64,000 bases of DNA from a virus. Shown here one piece after another: positions 1 to 8,595 of this stretch (within the stretch, counting starts at the first letter, position 1; every line of letters begins with the position of its first letter). The position numbers were made by a program, and so were the translations under genes. The notes under the pieces are model-generated. The model did no database searches and was not told where the DNA came from. It saw only the letters and a list, made by a program, of their open reading frames with translations. The stretch lies in IMG/VR virus record IMGVR_UViG_3300009502_000026, positions 30,091 to 94,090 of that record. One strand, 5' to 3'.

Positions 1-284
<284 letters not shown>

Positions 285-285
285 C

Positions 286-325
286 TACTTACCCCACGGG
301 ACGGAAAACTTAACTCGAAATCGTA
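286..325 (-). promoter_or_regulatory. Putative promoter, class A (TACGATTTyGrGTTAAG-N16-GTAAGTA), 4 nt before the ligA start
   Basis: The same blocks with identical spacing occur at 30407..30446. Both lie 4 nt from a start codon. Confidence 0.6.
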
Positions 326-332
326 CCGGACG

Positions 333-345
333 TTAGGACACCTAT
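333..345 (+). promoter_or_regulatory. Putative late promoter motif, class B (TTAG-GACAC-CTAT)
   Basis: Matches the NTAG-N5-CTAT motif repeated upstream of many structural genes. Confidence 0.5.
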
Positions 346-359
346 AGGCACCGGGGGTT

Positions 360-785
360 TTGACCCTCCGCTCCAAACTGATCCGATTGGCTCACTCTAA
401 CACTGAACTTCGTCCACATCTGCTCCCACTCCTGAAGACAGCCACGGACTTCCCTACACAGGAAGCTCTTGACAAATACCTCAAGGAACACCCGGACGCT
501 GACAAGTCCAAGCACAAAGTTGTATCCAAGTCATCTGTGGATGCTGACAATGCCAGTGCAAAGGCAGACAAAGCATCACAGACTGCAAATACTACTTGGG
601 GCACCTATAAGGAGAAGAACCATTCGGATGCTAGGGACCTCCACTGGGAAGCCAAGAACCAGCACAACAAGGCCAAAGAAGAGGCCAAGAAGAATGGTGA
701 CACTGACAAGGCCAAGTACCATGAGGACAAGGCCAAGTACCATGAGAAAAAGGAACTGGGGCACGATAAGGACGCTTATCGTTGA
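360..785 (+). CDS. Small Lys/His/Asp-rich protein with N-terminal repeated tag (putative internal head protein)
   Basis: Begins MTLRSKLIRLAHSNTELRPHLLPLLKTA. The next segment FPTQEALDKYLKEHP resembles FKTQEAMDEYLKAHP in 25642..27384. Confidence 0.8.
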   Translation: MTLRSKLIRLAHSNTELRPHLLPLLKTATDFPTQEALDKYLKEHPDADKSKHKVVSKSSVDADNASAKADKASQTANTTWGTYKEKNHSDARDLHWEAKNQHNKAKEEAKKNGDTDKAKYHEDKAKYHEKKELGHDKDAYR

Positions 786-831
786 CCCTTTACTTCCCCT
801 CTCAAAGACCACCCTTACCTGGGATAAGACA

Positions 832-1617
832 ATGACCCTGACCTCAAAACTGATCCGTCTCGCCAGTCAGAACCCTGCTCTCAAGCCCCACATCGCAGCC
901 ATCCTGAAGGAAGCCTCAATGTCTGAGCCTGACTTCTGGAAGCTCATCGAACCTTATGGCTGGGGGACCAAGACCACAGATTACAAAGCCATCAAGAAGA
1001 GCCTGATGGGGAAACTGTCTCCTGATGAGGCAGAGGGACTCCAGACTACAATGATGAAGCTGGAAGGCAAGCTTTACAAGGCTCTGAAAAACCTGAACAT
1101 TGTGTCAGGTGACACCATGGGTGACCTCATTGCCCACATCATAGGGATGGGCAAGAAGGAATTCGAAGCGGTAATCAAGGACCCCCAACTAGCCTACCAG
1201 CGTTACCAGAGCGGTCAGTACACGGAGTCCTTCAGCTACGCTCTCCCACACAAGAGTGACTACAAGAATCTCAACGTCACCAAATTCACTGACTGGGCAC
1301 AGGAGGTTATTGGTAACTACACAATGATCCTCAATGCCTCTGAAGATGACATCCCCTGGAAGTCCAAGCTTGCGGCTCCCTTGAAGAAGGTCATCTCAAT
1401 CATGGAGAAGTTCGTTGAGACAAAGGATGTAGCCACCTTCTTGGACAACGAAGCAGAAGCCAAGAAAGAGTCTGAAGAAGTGGGCAAGATTCTCAGTAGG
1501 TTGCAGCTTGGCTGGAGTATACCTAAAGAGGGTTCCCTGGAGAGTGCCGTTCATTTCAGCGGCAATAAGTGGGGTGTCTGGAACCTGTTCACTGATGTGC
1601 GGGACTACCTGAGCTAG
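832..1617 (+). CDS. Tagged protein with DUF4240-like domain
   Basis: Start reassigned to ATG 832 (MTLTSKLIRLASQNPALKPHIAAILKEA). The tag is followed by MSEPDFWKLIE, which resembles the DUF4240 N-terminus. Confidence 0.75.
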   Translation: MTLTSKLIRLASQNPALKPHIAAILKEASMSEPDFWKLIEPYGWGTKTTDYKAIKKSLMGKLSPDEAEGLQTTMMKLEGKLYKALKNLNIVSGDTMGDLIAHIIGMGKKEFEAVIKDPQLAYQRYQSGQYTESFSYALPHKSDYKNLNVTKFTDWAQEVIGNYTMILNASEDDIPWKSKLAAPLKKVISIMEKFVETKDVATFLDNEAEAKKESEEVGKILSRLQLGWSIPKEGSLESAVHFSGNKWGVWNLFTDVRDYLS

Positions 1618-2384
1618 TCCTTCAGCAAGTCCAACACCCCAATGTTCTCAATAGGGACTGGTGTTGCTACATCAATCTTGGACTTGATAATATCACAATA
1701 GGAAGGCTCCTTCTCAATCAGGATGGACTTCCTACCCATCCTCTGAGCTACAATCCCTACAGTCCCACTACCTGCAAAGGGGTCCAATACGGTGTCCCCT
1801 ACGTCTGTGTAGACCTCCAGAACACGCTGAACCAAGCTAGGTGGGAAAGCCGCAGGATGCTCGGACCTGATGGAATCTTCTCCAACGGTACTCCAGATTG
1901 CCCTCTGACTGATCTTGCGTGCTCGTATCTCCTGGGCACCCCCACCGATCTTACGGAAGGTGTACAAGTGCTCAAACTCAGGTACAGCCCTGGGTGCCGA
2001 GATTGCGTGCTTACCCCCGGTCACTTTTGCAAAATCCTTCTGCCAGATACGCTGTGCCTGAAGTACCAATCCATGAGCCATCCCAAATGCCCAGTACACC
2101 CACCCCATAGGCATCTCACAAGGTTCCTCAGTACCTAAGATGTCCCTACTAGGAATGATGTCTCCAAAATTGAATACTGCATACCCCCCTCTTACAAGCA
2201 CTCTCTCTACCTCAGACATACAACGGTTCAAGAGGCCAAACAGGACACCAATACGGATGTCCGGTTCGTAGTCTTTCCCAACCCCGTATGGAGGAGACGT
2301 GAATACCAGATGAACTGATTCTGAAGGGAGGGTAGGCAGGACTTCTTCGAACAACCCACAAAAAACCCGGCATTCAGGTGTCAT
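1614..2384 (-). CDS. Beta-class N4-cytosine/N6-adenine DNA methyltransferase
   Basis: Motif IV FTSPPY precedes HPAAFP and motif I DPFAGSGT. ATG 2384 is preferred over TTG 2405. Confidence 0.9.
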   Translation of the reverse strand: MTPECRVFCGLFEEVLPTLPSESVHLVFTSPPYGVGKDYEPDIRIGVLFGLLNRCMSEVERVLVRGGYAVFNFGDIIPSRDILGTEEPCEMPMGWVYWAFGMAHGLVLQAQRIWQKDFAKVTGGKHAISAPRAVPEFEHLYTFRKIGGGAQEIRARKISQRAIWSTVGEDSIRSEHPAAFPPSLVQRVLEVYTDVGDTVLDPFAGSGTVGIVAQRMGRKSILIEKEPSYCDIIKSKIDVATPVPIENIGVLDLLKD

Positions 2385-2444
2385 GCTGGGATCATACCCC
2401 AACAAAACGTAGGCTGATTATTCGTCTACCTACAAACGGACCAA

Positions 2445-3404
2445 CTAACTGATGAGGGTGGAGGCATGAGCCAGAAGTGTGCAAAGCCCCAAAACTATTG
2501 GGAAAACAACGAAATTACGGGGGGACAAAACGCCCCGGCCGACGCTGGGACCGAAGCTTGATCTAATGCCAACTCCGTACTTAGGCTGAGACACACCACG
2601 GATGAACTTGGTAGTCCTTGCCTTCATCTCCGTGGCCTTATCGAACTGTTGCTCAGCATTCTGCTTCAAGGACTCATACTTGGAGGACTTCTCAATCGAG
2701 AGTGAGATGCCTCCAATGCTGTAGTCAAACTCGTCTGCCGTCCAGTTCATTGCCAGGGAAAAGCAAGCATGGGTGATGGCATTCCACAGGATTGCCGTTC
2801 TCCAAATAGGCTTCTTTGCCACCAAGTCATCAATGGTTCTGAGGTCTTCAGTCTCCGGGGGAAACATGTTCCACCAGTCCATGCTTCTCTCGATGTACTC
2901 AGCAAGTTCGGCATCTTCCCATAGCTGCCCGAAGACCCTGTTGTAAGACCCAATGGTGCCTTCATGCTCTGGGGGACGGAAGCGATAGAACTTGTCAGGA
3001 GAGTTTTTCAATACATTTTGTGTGCTTACACACACGAATCTGTACCAATCCGCAACAGTGAGATCGTACATATACTGTCGCACCGGGAGAGTTTCTACGG
3101 ACTTCACTGGCAGGTAAACGACAGCATCCCCGACAACAGACAACACCATATCACCGGGTTTGAGAGTCTCGGCCGGAACCTTATCCTCCAGGCCCAGCCC
3201 AAGGTAGACCGGGTGGCCTCCGGTCAACACCATGGTTCCTACATCGTTGGTGACAGCAACGATATGCTCCCAAGGAACCTCATTGCGAATGACATTCTCA
3301 ATGCGTTTCCACTCGACGTTGCCATCAGGGGATACCGAACGCACTTTGAGTTTGCCCGTATGGTAAGATGACTTGACCCTCACACGCTGCGCTTCGGTCA
3401 ACAT
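2445..3404 (-). CDS. Split-intein C-fragment (134 aa) fused to the C-terminal part of a putative head-tail adaptor protein
   Basis: Intein block B LTGGHPV, block F YMYDLTV and terminal KN|S. The extein carries WEDAEL and EFDYSIGGISLS, resembling phage adaptor/head-completion proteins. Confidence 0.85.
   Translation of the reverse strand: MLTEAQRVRVKSSYHTGKLKVRSVSPDGNVEWKRIENVIRNEVPWEHIVAVTNDVGTMVLTGGHPVYLGLGLEDKVPAETLKPGDMVLSVVGDAVVYLPVKSVETLPVRQYMYDLTVADWYRFVCVSTQNVLKNSPDKFYRFRPPEHEGTIGSYNRVFGQLWEDAELAEYIERSMDWWNMFPPETEDLRTIDDLVAKKPIWRTAILWNAITHACFSLAMNWTADEFDYSIGGISLSIEKSSKYESLKQNAEQQFDKATEMKARTTKFIRGVSQPKYGVGIRSSFGPSVGRGVLSPRNFVVFPIVLGLCTLLAHASTLIS
3003..3404 (-). mobile_element. IntC fragment of an atypically split intein
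   Basis: Residues 1-134 contain TxxH, LKPGD, YDLTV and a terminal Asn followed by Ser+1, but no block A. Confidence 0.85.
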
Positions 3405-4183
3405 TCAAGTTCCCTCTCAGTCCACACCTTAAACGACCATCCCAGCCTATGGGCTTCTTCTTCAGCTACCCCCAAACGTACCCTGACCTTCTCGTACCCA
3501 CAATAGGCCGGGTCCAAAGCATAAGAAGGCTTAACCTCGATCAGGGTATGTGTCCCATTCTGATGGGTAACAATGAAATCCGGTAGGATATGCCAGCCAT
3601 TGGGCAACGCCAGGCAGTCCTCAAATACGTAGGATATTACATCATTTAGATGGTCTAACAATTCAGATGCCCGTTTTTCGTAAGATGACCTAACCTTAAA
3701 TCGCCCTCCCTTGACAGACTGGACCCATTCTGCCTTCCCATAGGGGTAGTTGAACTCAGGGTGGGATTTGATGAACAACACCCTGTTCCGGGAATACTTT
3801 GCCCTCGTAGATGGCCTGTCAAAGTTCCCGGCAGCCCACTGTGCTTCCAATTGTCCAGGGCGGGATTTCCCCTTCCATGAACGACCAACACGTACACCCA
3901 CATCATGCAGCACCCCCCTAGATGCTGGGTTCCACATAGCCCGGGTGAGCCGCTGGATGCTTCCTTGACCTAGCCCTGTCACGACCATCATGTCTGCCCA
4001 GGAAGTTCCCTGGGAGTGAAGTTCAGTGATGATGTCCCGGCGCACGCCCACAATCTTCTCATTGCCCTTCTTGGGTCGTCCCCTCTTAGCGAACTCTACA
4101 TAGGTCACACCATGCTTCTCCAGCAACGGCACGAGTTTAGGGTGCGGGATGGAAACCTGCATACAAGTCATCGAATATAGCAC
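3398..4183 (-). CDS. Free-standing PD-(D/E)xK (TnsA-N-like) putative homing endonuclease
   Basis: RSSYEKRA...LPDFIV...LIEVKP...WSFKVWTEREL. It lies between the two intein halves and its stop overlaps the IntC start. Start codon uncertain. Confidence 0.8.
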   Translation of the reverse strand: MLYSMTCMQVSIPHPKLVPLLEKHGVTYVEFAKRGRPKKGNEKIVGVRRDIITELHSQGTSWADMMVVTGLGQGSIQRLTRAMWNPASRGVLHDVGVRVGRSWKGKSRPGQLEAQWAAGNFDRPSTRAKYSRNRVLFIKSHPEFNYPYGKAEWVQSVKGGRFKVRSSYEKRASELLDHLNDVISYVFEDCLALPNGWHILPDFIVTHQNGTHTLIEVKPSYALDPAYCGYEKVRVRLGVAEEEAHRLGWSFKVWTERELEC

Positions 4184-4212
4184 AGAAAACGATAGTGTTT
4201 GTCTGGTGGGGA

Positions 4213-4701
4213 TTAGCTCGTCACGATGGTGTAAAGATCTTCCAAACTCACGATGATCTTCTCCCCATCAGCATCCACCTCGATAGTCTCCTCTCCTCCG
4301 AGACATTGATCTCGGAGGAGCAACCGGAGTTTCCCCACCATGTCCAGCATTGCCATGGAGAACGGTGGGACAATCGTGGTGCCTGAGACCACGACTGCCC
4401 ACTCCTGAACAACTTGCTGTGTCTGTGCCCCAGCGAACTCCTGGAAGGTCCACCTGATCCTGTAGTCCCCAGCCGTAGCTGAGACAGGGATCTGGAGGGA
4501 GGCATAGTACTCCCCTACCGTGGGATGGAGGGGTGCCCTGGTTGCACTCCCAATGAGTACCTCCAGGTGGGACACAGGGTCTACATAGTAGATCGCATAC
4601 GTGATGCTGAAGGCATCCGATGGGTTACCCTGTGAGTTGGTAAGGAAGATGTCTAGGTCTCCCCTACCAAGTGTCTGATTTGGTGTGAATACAACACCCA
4701 T
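4213..4701 (-). CDS. N-terminal part of putative head-tail adaptor fused to a 30-aa split-intein N-fragment
   Basis: Ends KLRLLLRDQ|CLGGEETIEVDADGEKIIVSLEDLYTIVTS*. The segment after Q resembles intein block A followed by the I.dL motif. Confidence 0.82.
   Translation of the reverse strand: MGVVFTPNQTLGRGDLDIFLTNSQGNPSDAFSITYAIYYVDPVSHLEVLIGSATRAPLHPTVGEYYASLQIPVSATAGDYRIRWTFQEFAGAQTQQVVQEWAVVVSGTTIVPPFSMAMLDMVGKLRLLLRDQCLGGEETIEVDADGEKIIVSLEDLYTIVTS
4216..4305 (-). mobile_element. IntN fragment (30 aa) of an atypically split intein
   Basis: Cys1 codon at 4305-4303, followed by a stop 30 codons later. Confidence 0.8.
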
Positions 4702-4719
4702 GGCTACACCTTTGAAGGG

Positions 4720-5730
4720 TTACTTACCACCCTTGCCCCCGCCATCCCCACCATCCTTACCGCCACCATCCCCACCACCAGTAGGAGTGGAGGTCGTGGA
4801 GGTATACGGAGACGATGTGAAGCCACCGTCAATGAGGAAGATATCGTTGAGACATGCCTCAAAGGACCCACCAGTAAGGGCTTCACTATTGGAGAGCATG
4901 AACCCAACATGTGTGTATGGGTCCCTACCGTCCCCTGTGAGAGATACATCCAGGGACCTGAAGAGGACCCAATCCTGTGGGAGGCTGTCCGAACTAGATG
5001 TACCGTAGTACCACTCAATGAGGGTGCCTTCCACCCGAAGCTTCAGGTATGTGGACCCTGGCTGTACCACACCCGTGGCACTAAGGCTACCAATGGACCC
5101 AGCCTCCGTAGCAGCTACCAACATACCCCCACCTACCCCTAGCCAAATCACATGCTTGGCTACGAGGTCTTGTGCTCCACGCCAGGCAAGGAACTGGATG
5201 GTAGAGGTAGGATCTCCATTAACGATAGTCATCAGCCGGATAGCCACAGAAAAGTGCCACTTATCCACAGAGTCAAGACTCACGTAGAAACGTGGCCCAT
5301 CGAACGTAGTCCCCAAAGCTACAGCACCTTCAGGAAGGCCCAAATGAAACCCTGTGCCGTCCACACCAACCGTGGCACCGGACACAGTTCCAGGGTCCAC
5401 GAACACTCCCGTAGACTGCCAGAAGTCTGGGGAGGACGCAGGGGGGAACCCCTTCTGAGAACCCTTTGTGAAGATGCTGATGTAGAGTTCCAGCAACCCA
5501 TCATTGTTGAGGGAATACACTAGGTCCCCTGGGGAATAGTCAGTGTTGGTATCCCACTGACCCTTCAGGAAACCAAGCTTGTTGGAAACAAGGGAGCGGT
5601 ACCGTGTACCATCAATGGCATACCTGGCCTTTGTACCCTCAGCCGCTAGAGCCCCACTCAAGGTGCCATCTGGAGTCTCCAGGGACATCCTGACCATCCT
5701 GCTTGTACTACCGGAACCACCGTCACCCAT
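4720..5730 (-). CDS. Putative virion protein with a CBM5/12-like motif, a beta-rich domain and a Gly-rich tail
   Basis: GQWDTNTDYSPGDLVY motif; ends GGGDGGGKDGGDGGGKGGK. Confidence 0.6.
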   Translation of the reverse strand: MGDGGSGSTSRMVRMSLETPDGTLSGALAAEGTKARYAIDGTRYRSLVSNKLGFLKGQWDTNTDYSPGDLVYSLNNDGLLELYISIFTKGSQKGFPPASSPDFWQSTGVFVDPGTVSGATVGVDGTGFHLGLPEGAVALGTTFDGPRFYVSLDSVDKWHFSVAIRLMTIVNGDPTSTIQFLAWRGAQDLVAKHVIWLGVGGGMLVAATEAGSIGSLSATGVVQPGSTYLKLRVEGTLIEWYYGTSSSDSLPQDWVLFRSLDVSLTGDGRDPYTHVGFMLSNSEALTGGSFEACLNDIFLIDGGFTSSPYTSTTSTPTGGGDGGGKDGGDGGGKGGK

Positions 5731-5734
5731 GGTA

Positions 5735-6031
5735 CTACCCTCTTGTCTGGGACTCTATCCACTGTAAGCAAGTATCAACTAGGTAGCAGAACCCGGCTGA
5801 GGCCAATGCGAACACCACAGCATGGAGGGGTACCCTCCAGAGGGGTACCCTTCCCCACTGTCCTAGAAGGTATAACACCATCCAGGTGAACCACCCGCTA
5901 TGGAAGCCAGTGCAGTAGGAGCATTGGAAAAGAGACTTCAGGAACTTCCCACGGTGCAGGAATAGGGTCTTGTTCTGAAGCCCGAAACAGACACCATACG
6001 CTACAAGGAGTGGGAACAGTGACAGTGACAT
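5735..6031 (-). CDS. DUF1360-like small membrane protein
   Basis: LFQCSYCTGFH (CxxC) flanked by hydrophobic helices. Confidence 0.7.
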   Translation of the reverse strand: MSLSLFPLLVAYGVCFGLQNKTLFLHRGKFLKSLFQCSYCTGFHSGWFTWMVLYLLGQWGRVPLWRVPLHAVVFALASAGFCYLVDTCLQWIESQTRG

Positions 6032-6044
6032 CTACCCCTTGCCT

Positions 6045-6281
6045 TCAGGGGGCTCTCCAGAACTGAGTGACTCCCGTTGGGAGTGGTGCCCCTGTGACCG
6101 CATTGGTAGAAGTCCAGGACACCATTCCCTGGGGACCTACACCCTCAAAGGCATAGGTCACAGACGGCGTACCGCCATCAGGTCCCGGGAATAGCCCTGA
6201 ATATCGGTAGGTGCCATGAGCACGGTAGGTGCAATCCGTAGCTGGAAGAACACCTGGAAATTCACCATCGTAGGTGGTCAC
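6045..6281 (-). CDS. Small fibre-cassette protein (family B)
   Basis: GTG 6281 overlaps the upstream TGA. C-terminus WTSTNAVTGAPLPTGVTQFWRAP is paralogous to 16452..16685. Confidence 0.7.
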   Translation of the reverse strand: MTTYDGEFPGVLPATDCTYRAHGTYRYSGLFPGPDGGTPSVTYAFEGVGPQGMVSWTSTNAVTGAPLPTGVTQFWRAP

Positions 6282-7300
6282 TGGAGGTCCGTCCCGTCCC
6301 ATACTAGGGACCAATACCCAAGGTTGATGTAATGGATATCCCCCTGTGACAGGTGTGTTGCGTACCCTGGTGTAGTCGTGGGTGCCCTGAAAAACGTACT
6401 CATCCCCTTATAGGAGTTAGCCCTTTCACTGAATCCCCACCCATCTGCCCTGTAGGCAATCCAAGGAACGGGGATAGCAACATATTTGTTGGGGAAATAC
6501 ATGTGGATAATAGTCAAGTCCCCACCCCAGACACCCCAATCCCCATTCCAGCCATAGGGCCTACCCCTACCAACACACCCATTGGCAGAGTTGAACCAAC
6601 ACTTTCCATTGTGACCCCCGGGATCGGAGTCACCCGCCACCTGACGCCGGAATACATTACCTCCAGTAAGATCACCTGTGTCAGCAAACGACGCTTTCAC
6701 TACATACTTGTCCCCAGTGTCTACTGAGCACGTCTCAGTTACAGGGTCCAAATGGATCAGGGTGTGAGAGTAGTTTGCCACTAGGGAGGCATAGCAGTGA
6801 CAGTAGAATCCCTGTGGGTCTGTATCCTGCCCGACCGCTGCCATGTAAAATGAAGACCCGTCTGCCAGAAACAACTGCCCATCGCACATGAGCAAGTTAG
6901 TGCCGGGTGTGTAGGTAGGTGGAGTTGTTTCCGTTCCAGTATCTAGCACCCCACTCTTGAGGTACTGGATTGTCCACTGACTCCGGTCGGTTGTGCTCTT
7001 CCTGATGAAAAGCAATGTCTGTGTAGGGGACGTTCCAGCATGGCGAATCGCCACATAGGGGAGAGTACCCACAGTCTCCAGGATTGTAGTCAGCGTAGCA
7101 AGGTCTGCGGGTACAACAACCTGACCCCCAGGACCGCCCGTGCTTGCACTGACGAAGACCCAGCCGCAAGCACCAGTGCTTGCTGGTCTTTGAGCCTGGT
7201 CAGACAGAAACCAGCACAAGTTAGCAATGACTTGTGCCCCGTTGGACACAAGAGAGCTACCATGGAGAGTATCAAATGGGTGAAGGAACTTGAAAGCCAT
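6278..7300 (-). CDS. ~340-aa fibre-associated protein (family A paralog)
   Basis: Shares size and the YKGMS...W.G C-terminus with five other paralogs. Confidence 0.75.
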   Translation of the reverse strand: MAFKFLHPFDTLHGSSLVSNGAQVIANLCWFLSDQAQRPASTGACGWVFVSASTGGPGGQVVVPADLATLTTILETVGTLPYVAIRHAGTSPTQTLLFIRKSTTDRSQWTIQYLKSGVLDTGTETTPPTYTPGTNLLMCDGQLFLADGSSFYMAAVGQDTDPQGFYCHCYASLVANYSHTLIHLDPVTETCSVDTGDKYVVKASFADTGDLTGGNVFRRQVAGDSDPGGHNGKCWFNSANGCVGRGRPYGWNGDWGVWGGDLTIIHMYFPNKYVAIPVPWIAYRADGWGFSERANSYKGMSTFFRAPTTTPGYATHLSQGDIHYINLGYWSLVWDGTDLQ

Positions 7301-7308
7301 AGAGACTC

Positions 7309-7845
7309 CTAGGGGGGTGTGGGCATGTGGGCATACGAAACGTTGATGTTCGAAGCACAGTAGAGAGTCCCACCCCCTGTGATGGATTCACAGAACAGGG
7401 CTATCCTCATGGTGGCGGAAGGCTCAACCCATACGCTGTAGGGAGCAAGGGTGTCACTGACCACGGGCCCAGGGATCGCAAGCAAGTCACCCGTGTCCAC
7501 ATTCCGAAAACTCAGGACGGCTCCGTCAACATCAGCAACAGAGATGCGAGCCAGGACTTCCAAGATGTAGTTCGTGGTGAAACCTGTCTTCACGAACTGG
7601 GACGGGTCTAGCAGTATGATGTCTGACACCCGGGTAGGCGTGGCAGGTGCCGAGGACACACCACTACCCAGTAGGAGAACGGATGGACCTGGATCACCCG
7701 CTGGACCTGGATCACCCGCTGGACCTGGATCACCCGCTGGACCTGGATCACCCGCTGGACCTGGATCACCCGCTGGACCTGGATCACCCGCTGGACCTGG
7801 AGGGCCTGGAGGTCCCCCTGCGGTTAGAGGACTGAAGATAGGCAT
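7309..7845 (-). CDS. Short collagen-like fibre protein
   Basis: (GPAGDP)6 followed by the LGSG..S.PA...RVSDI C-terminal domain shared with 11440..12384 and 17714..19351. Confidence 0.85.
   Translation of the reverse strand: MPIFSPLTAGGPPGPPGPAGDPGPAGDPGPAGDPGPAGDPGPAGDPGPAGDPGPSVLLLGSGVSSAPATPTRVSDIILLDPSQFVKTGFTTNYILEVLARISVADVDGAVLSFRNVDTGDLLAIPGPVVSDTLAPYSVWVEPSATMRIALFCESITGGGTLYCASNINVSYAHMPTPP
7684..7801. repeat. Perfect 18-bp tandem repeat (TGGACCTGGATCACCCGC), 6 copies plus a partial copy
   Basis: Directly visible; encodes GPAGDP on the minus strand. Confidence 0.95.
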
Positions 7846-8244
7846 TTAGGTACCCTCGGAAACCTGGGCATCCCCAGAGCCACCCACAACATCCTCCCAA
7901 ACACCATGAACTACACCAACGTAGACAGGTGATGGAAACTCATAGTACATCTGATGCCCCAGGGGCACCTTGAAACTCAGGTTGGTTGCACCCGTGCCGA
8001 ACTTCACATAAAGGATCGAGTTTGTGGACGCATTGTAGATGGAGGCACTCTTACGGTTTGGGTTTGCAGCTAGAAGCTGCACATCCACAGTAGAATGACC
8101 TACAACAGTGAGACCCTCCAAGGTAGGGGCTGCAAGGCACTCTACAGGGAGAGGATTATCCCTGGTAATTGGATTGCCATCAACATCAACCAATACCTCT
8201 GCTTCACCTGGAATGGGCATTGTCGCATCCTCTGCCGTGACCAT
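7846..8244 (-). CDS. Hypothetical virion protein (small beta-rich)
   Basis: LLAANPNRKSASIYN...LYVKFG pattern; operon position. The start may be 8220. Confidence 0.65.
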   Translation of the reverse strand: MVTAEDATMPIPGEAEVLVDVDGNPITRDNPLPVECLAAPTLEGLTVVGHSTVDVQLLAANPNRKSASIYNASTNSILYVKFGTGATNLSFKVPLGHQMYYEFPSPVYVGVVHGVWEDVVGGSGDAQVSEGT

Positions 8245-8256
8245 GGGTGGCTAGAG

Positions 8257-8595
8257 TCACCCTGCCACCTTTTCTACAAGTCGAATGCCTGTGACACCGG
8301 GGGGGCCGTGTGAACCGGACCTATCCGAATCTGTCCAGACAACGGAAGACCCTGACACATAACCTGTCAGAACATACAGATAAGCGACTGACCCACTCTG
8401 AGAGAAGGGAATAGTATAGTGTGTAAAGGGGTCAGTTGGAGCACTGACGTTAAATGTCCCAAAATGAGCTTCGTAGGGGACTTTGTAGGGTGAGAGGGAT
8501 ACGGGAAGCTCCGACACAGAAGTATTCGGAGTCGGGGTCTGGTAATGCAGACTTGACGGAGTGAACGCATCGCTGAGAAGTGTTACATCACCCAT
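8257..8595 (-). CDS. Small fibre-cassette protein (family B)
   Basis: WTDSDRSGSHGPPGVTG resembles the family B C-terminus; follows a family A gene. Confidence 0.65.
   Translation of the reverse strand: MGDVTLLSDAFTPSSLHYQTPTPNTSVSELPVSLSPYKVPYEAHFGTFNVSAPTDPFTHYTIPFSQSGSVAYLYVLTGYVSGSSVVWTDSDRSGSHGPPGVTGIRLVEKVAG

Noticed and set aside
469-831. N-terminal extension of the 382-aa ORF 469..1617
   Set aside because: It overlaps the better gene 360..785 in another frame. ATG 832 starts exactly at a tag copy.
3398-4183. Tn7-like transposon (TnsA)
   Set aside because: No TnsB/TnsC or transposon ends; context indicates a free-standing homing endonuclease.
4184-4305. Frameshift or assembly error breaking a normal intein
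   Set aside because: IntC has its own ATG coupled to the nuclease stop, and an entire non-LAGLIDADG gene intervenes, so two independent errors would be needed. A group I intron cannot be fully excluded, but the gaps (about 30 nt and none) leave no room for a ribozyme core.
7684-7801. Possible CRISPR array
   Set aside because: Repeats are head-to-tail with no spacers and encode in-frame collagen; no cas genes are present.
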